From assembly GCA_964106645.2 (NCBI GenBank), contig OZ067047.1: DNA of 64,000 bases; one strand, written 5' to 3'. Within the stretch, counting starts at the first letter, position 1; each line of letters begins with the position of its first letter. Positions 62,730 to 64,000 of the stretch are shown in pieces. The DNA is from Podarcis pityusensis. Its lineage: Eukaryota. The translations under genes were made by a program, and so were the position numbers. Under the pieces are notes generated by a model, which did no database searches, was not told where the DNA came from, and was given only the letters and a program-made list of their open reading frames with translations.

Positions 62730-64000
62730 TACTTGGAGGAAAGGCGAGATTCAGATTTAACATATAAATAAGAAGAAAAAAATGTGTGAGCCAGAAGGGT
62801 GTGTGTAGGTAGAAATAGTTTCCTTCCACCCCTTTTGGGCGGTGGGGGTGGGGATTGAGATTGAGATAGAGAAAAGAAGAAACAGAAATTGACACGCATA
62901 GCTGAAACCTCTTAAGTTTATTATTCCATACATTTGATGCAAAGTTAATGGTGCTAGAGGGTTGTGGTGCTGGGAACAGGGGAGGATGTGCTACTTCCAT
63001 AAATAAGGGTGTAGAGCAGTTAATAGATTGCATGCATACAAGGATTACAGGCATACTACATGTTCTTTTCAAACACCATGGAGAAGAGATAATCATCCAT
63101 AGCAGAAAAATGGAGTCAAGCATATATAAAGCTCATAACTTTTGGGGAGGTTAGCCTCAGTCGTCTCAATCCAAAGGGGTTAGGAACAACAGCAAGTACC
63201 ACAATGTACATGGTGGCCAGTTGTGGGTCTATCCTCATGCAACTGCACAGTGTCTGGCCTCTCCAGGGTGTGTTTTGGGTACCGTCTTAAGTCACGGCAG
63301 CCATCAAAGTGACATGCTCATTCTTTTTTGAAGCTGTGGAATGGGCATGTATCAGGGCCACGGAGAAGAGGCAAAGTTTGATTTAGCTGAGGAGGCTGCC
63401 TCCATTTGAAAAACTCAAAAGTGAACATGGGTTCATCTGAATTCTGCACAGCCCTACTTCTTCTTTAAATGCCCATTCCACATCCTTTGTTGTGGCAAAG
63501 ACAGAACTTAGCTGTTAACAATTTTGAACATGTGACAGGGATTGGCCCTGCCAGGAGGCAGGGTGAGGCAGCCTCTGGCACACAACAGATTTTGGAAAGC
63601 GGGAGCAAATGATTGGTGATTTAGTTTATAATGTTTTTGGCAAGCCATGTGCATGCTCTGCCTCGGGCACCAAAACGCCTTGAGCTGTCTCTCGTGGGGG
63701 AATGAGGATATGTCTGTTCTAGCATTGTGTTCATGTAGAAGTTCTCCCTGCGCATTTGGTCTGTGTTTAAGAAAATAGGAGAACCACACTGACCGTTCCA
63801 GGCACTGATATCTTTCTGCTTTCCCTCACCCACTCTGCACACACATGTGCACACACGCATATAGACACACAATCACTCTTGTAAGCCGGAAGGAAAAGTA
63901 TTGGCTTTGGTAGGGTATCTTCTGGCATGTTAGAAAGGTAGCTGGGGGAGTTTAGAAGGGAGCCACAAAGTGTTGGAAACAAACTAGGAATACAAAATGT

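Noticed and set aside
55800-64000. SOX10 exons expected by synteny
   Set aside because: No HMG-box or SOX10 C-terminal coding sequence found; the gene presumably lies beyond the window.

Overview
Eukaryotic (vertebrate) genomic DNA, most likely a squamate reptile, judged from its repeat families (lacertid-like; inferred, not proven). Most short ORFs in the supplied track are noise. The window holds three intact spliced genes in the conserved amniote order. MICALL1 is on + (16 coding exons, 4558-38948, ~937 aa). C22orf23/EVG1 is on - (6 coding exons, 47418-41761, 236 aa). POLR2F/RPB6 is on + (5 coding exons, 49396-55657, 127 aa). C22orf23 and POLR2F share a CpG bidirectional promoter with X-box, ETS and CRE motifs, and MICALL1 and C22orf23 end tail-to-tail at facing AATAAA signals. 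The standout accessory feature is a complete, apparently very young Ty3/Gypsy chromovirus (Tf1/sushi-like) retrotransposon, antisense in MICALL1 intron 2 (13344-18834). It has 408-bp LTRs that look identical by eye, a GTCTC target-site duplication (TSD) and intact gag and pol. It also shows a tRNA-independent self-priming structure, a -1 frameshift pseudoknot, and a pol ORF that runs ~100 codons into the 3' LTR. Its chromodomain lacks two of the three aromatic-cage residues and is followed by two tandem helix-acidic-[F/L]xGF motifs. These resemble LEDGF-IBD/TFIIS-N-domain-interacting motifs and suggest a candidate host-mimicry integration-targeting system. Two solo LTRs, CR1/RTE LINE fragments, SINEs and many hAT and Tc1/mariner MITEs fill the introns and intergenic space.
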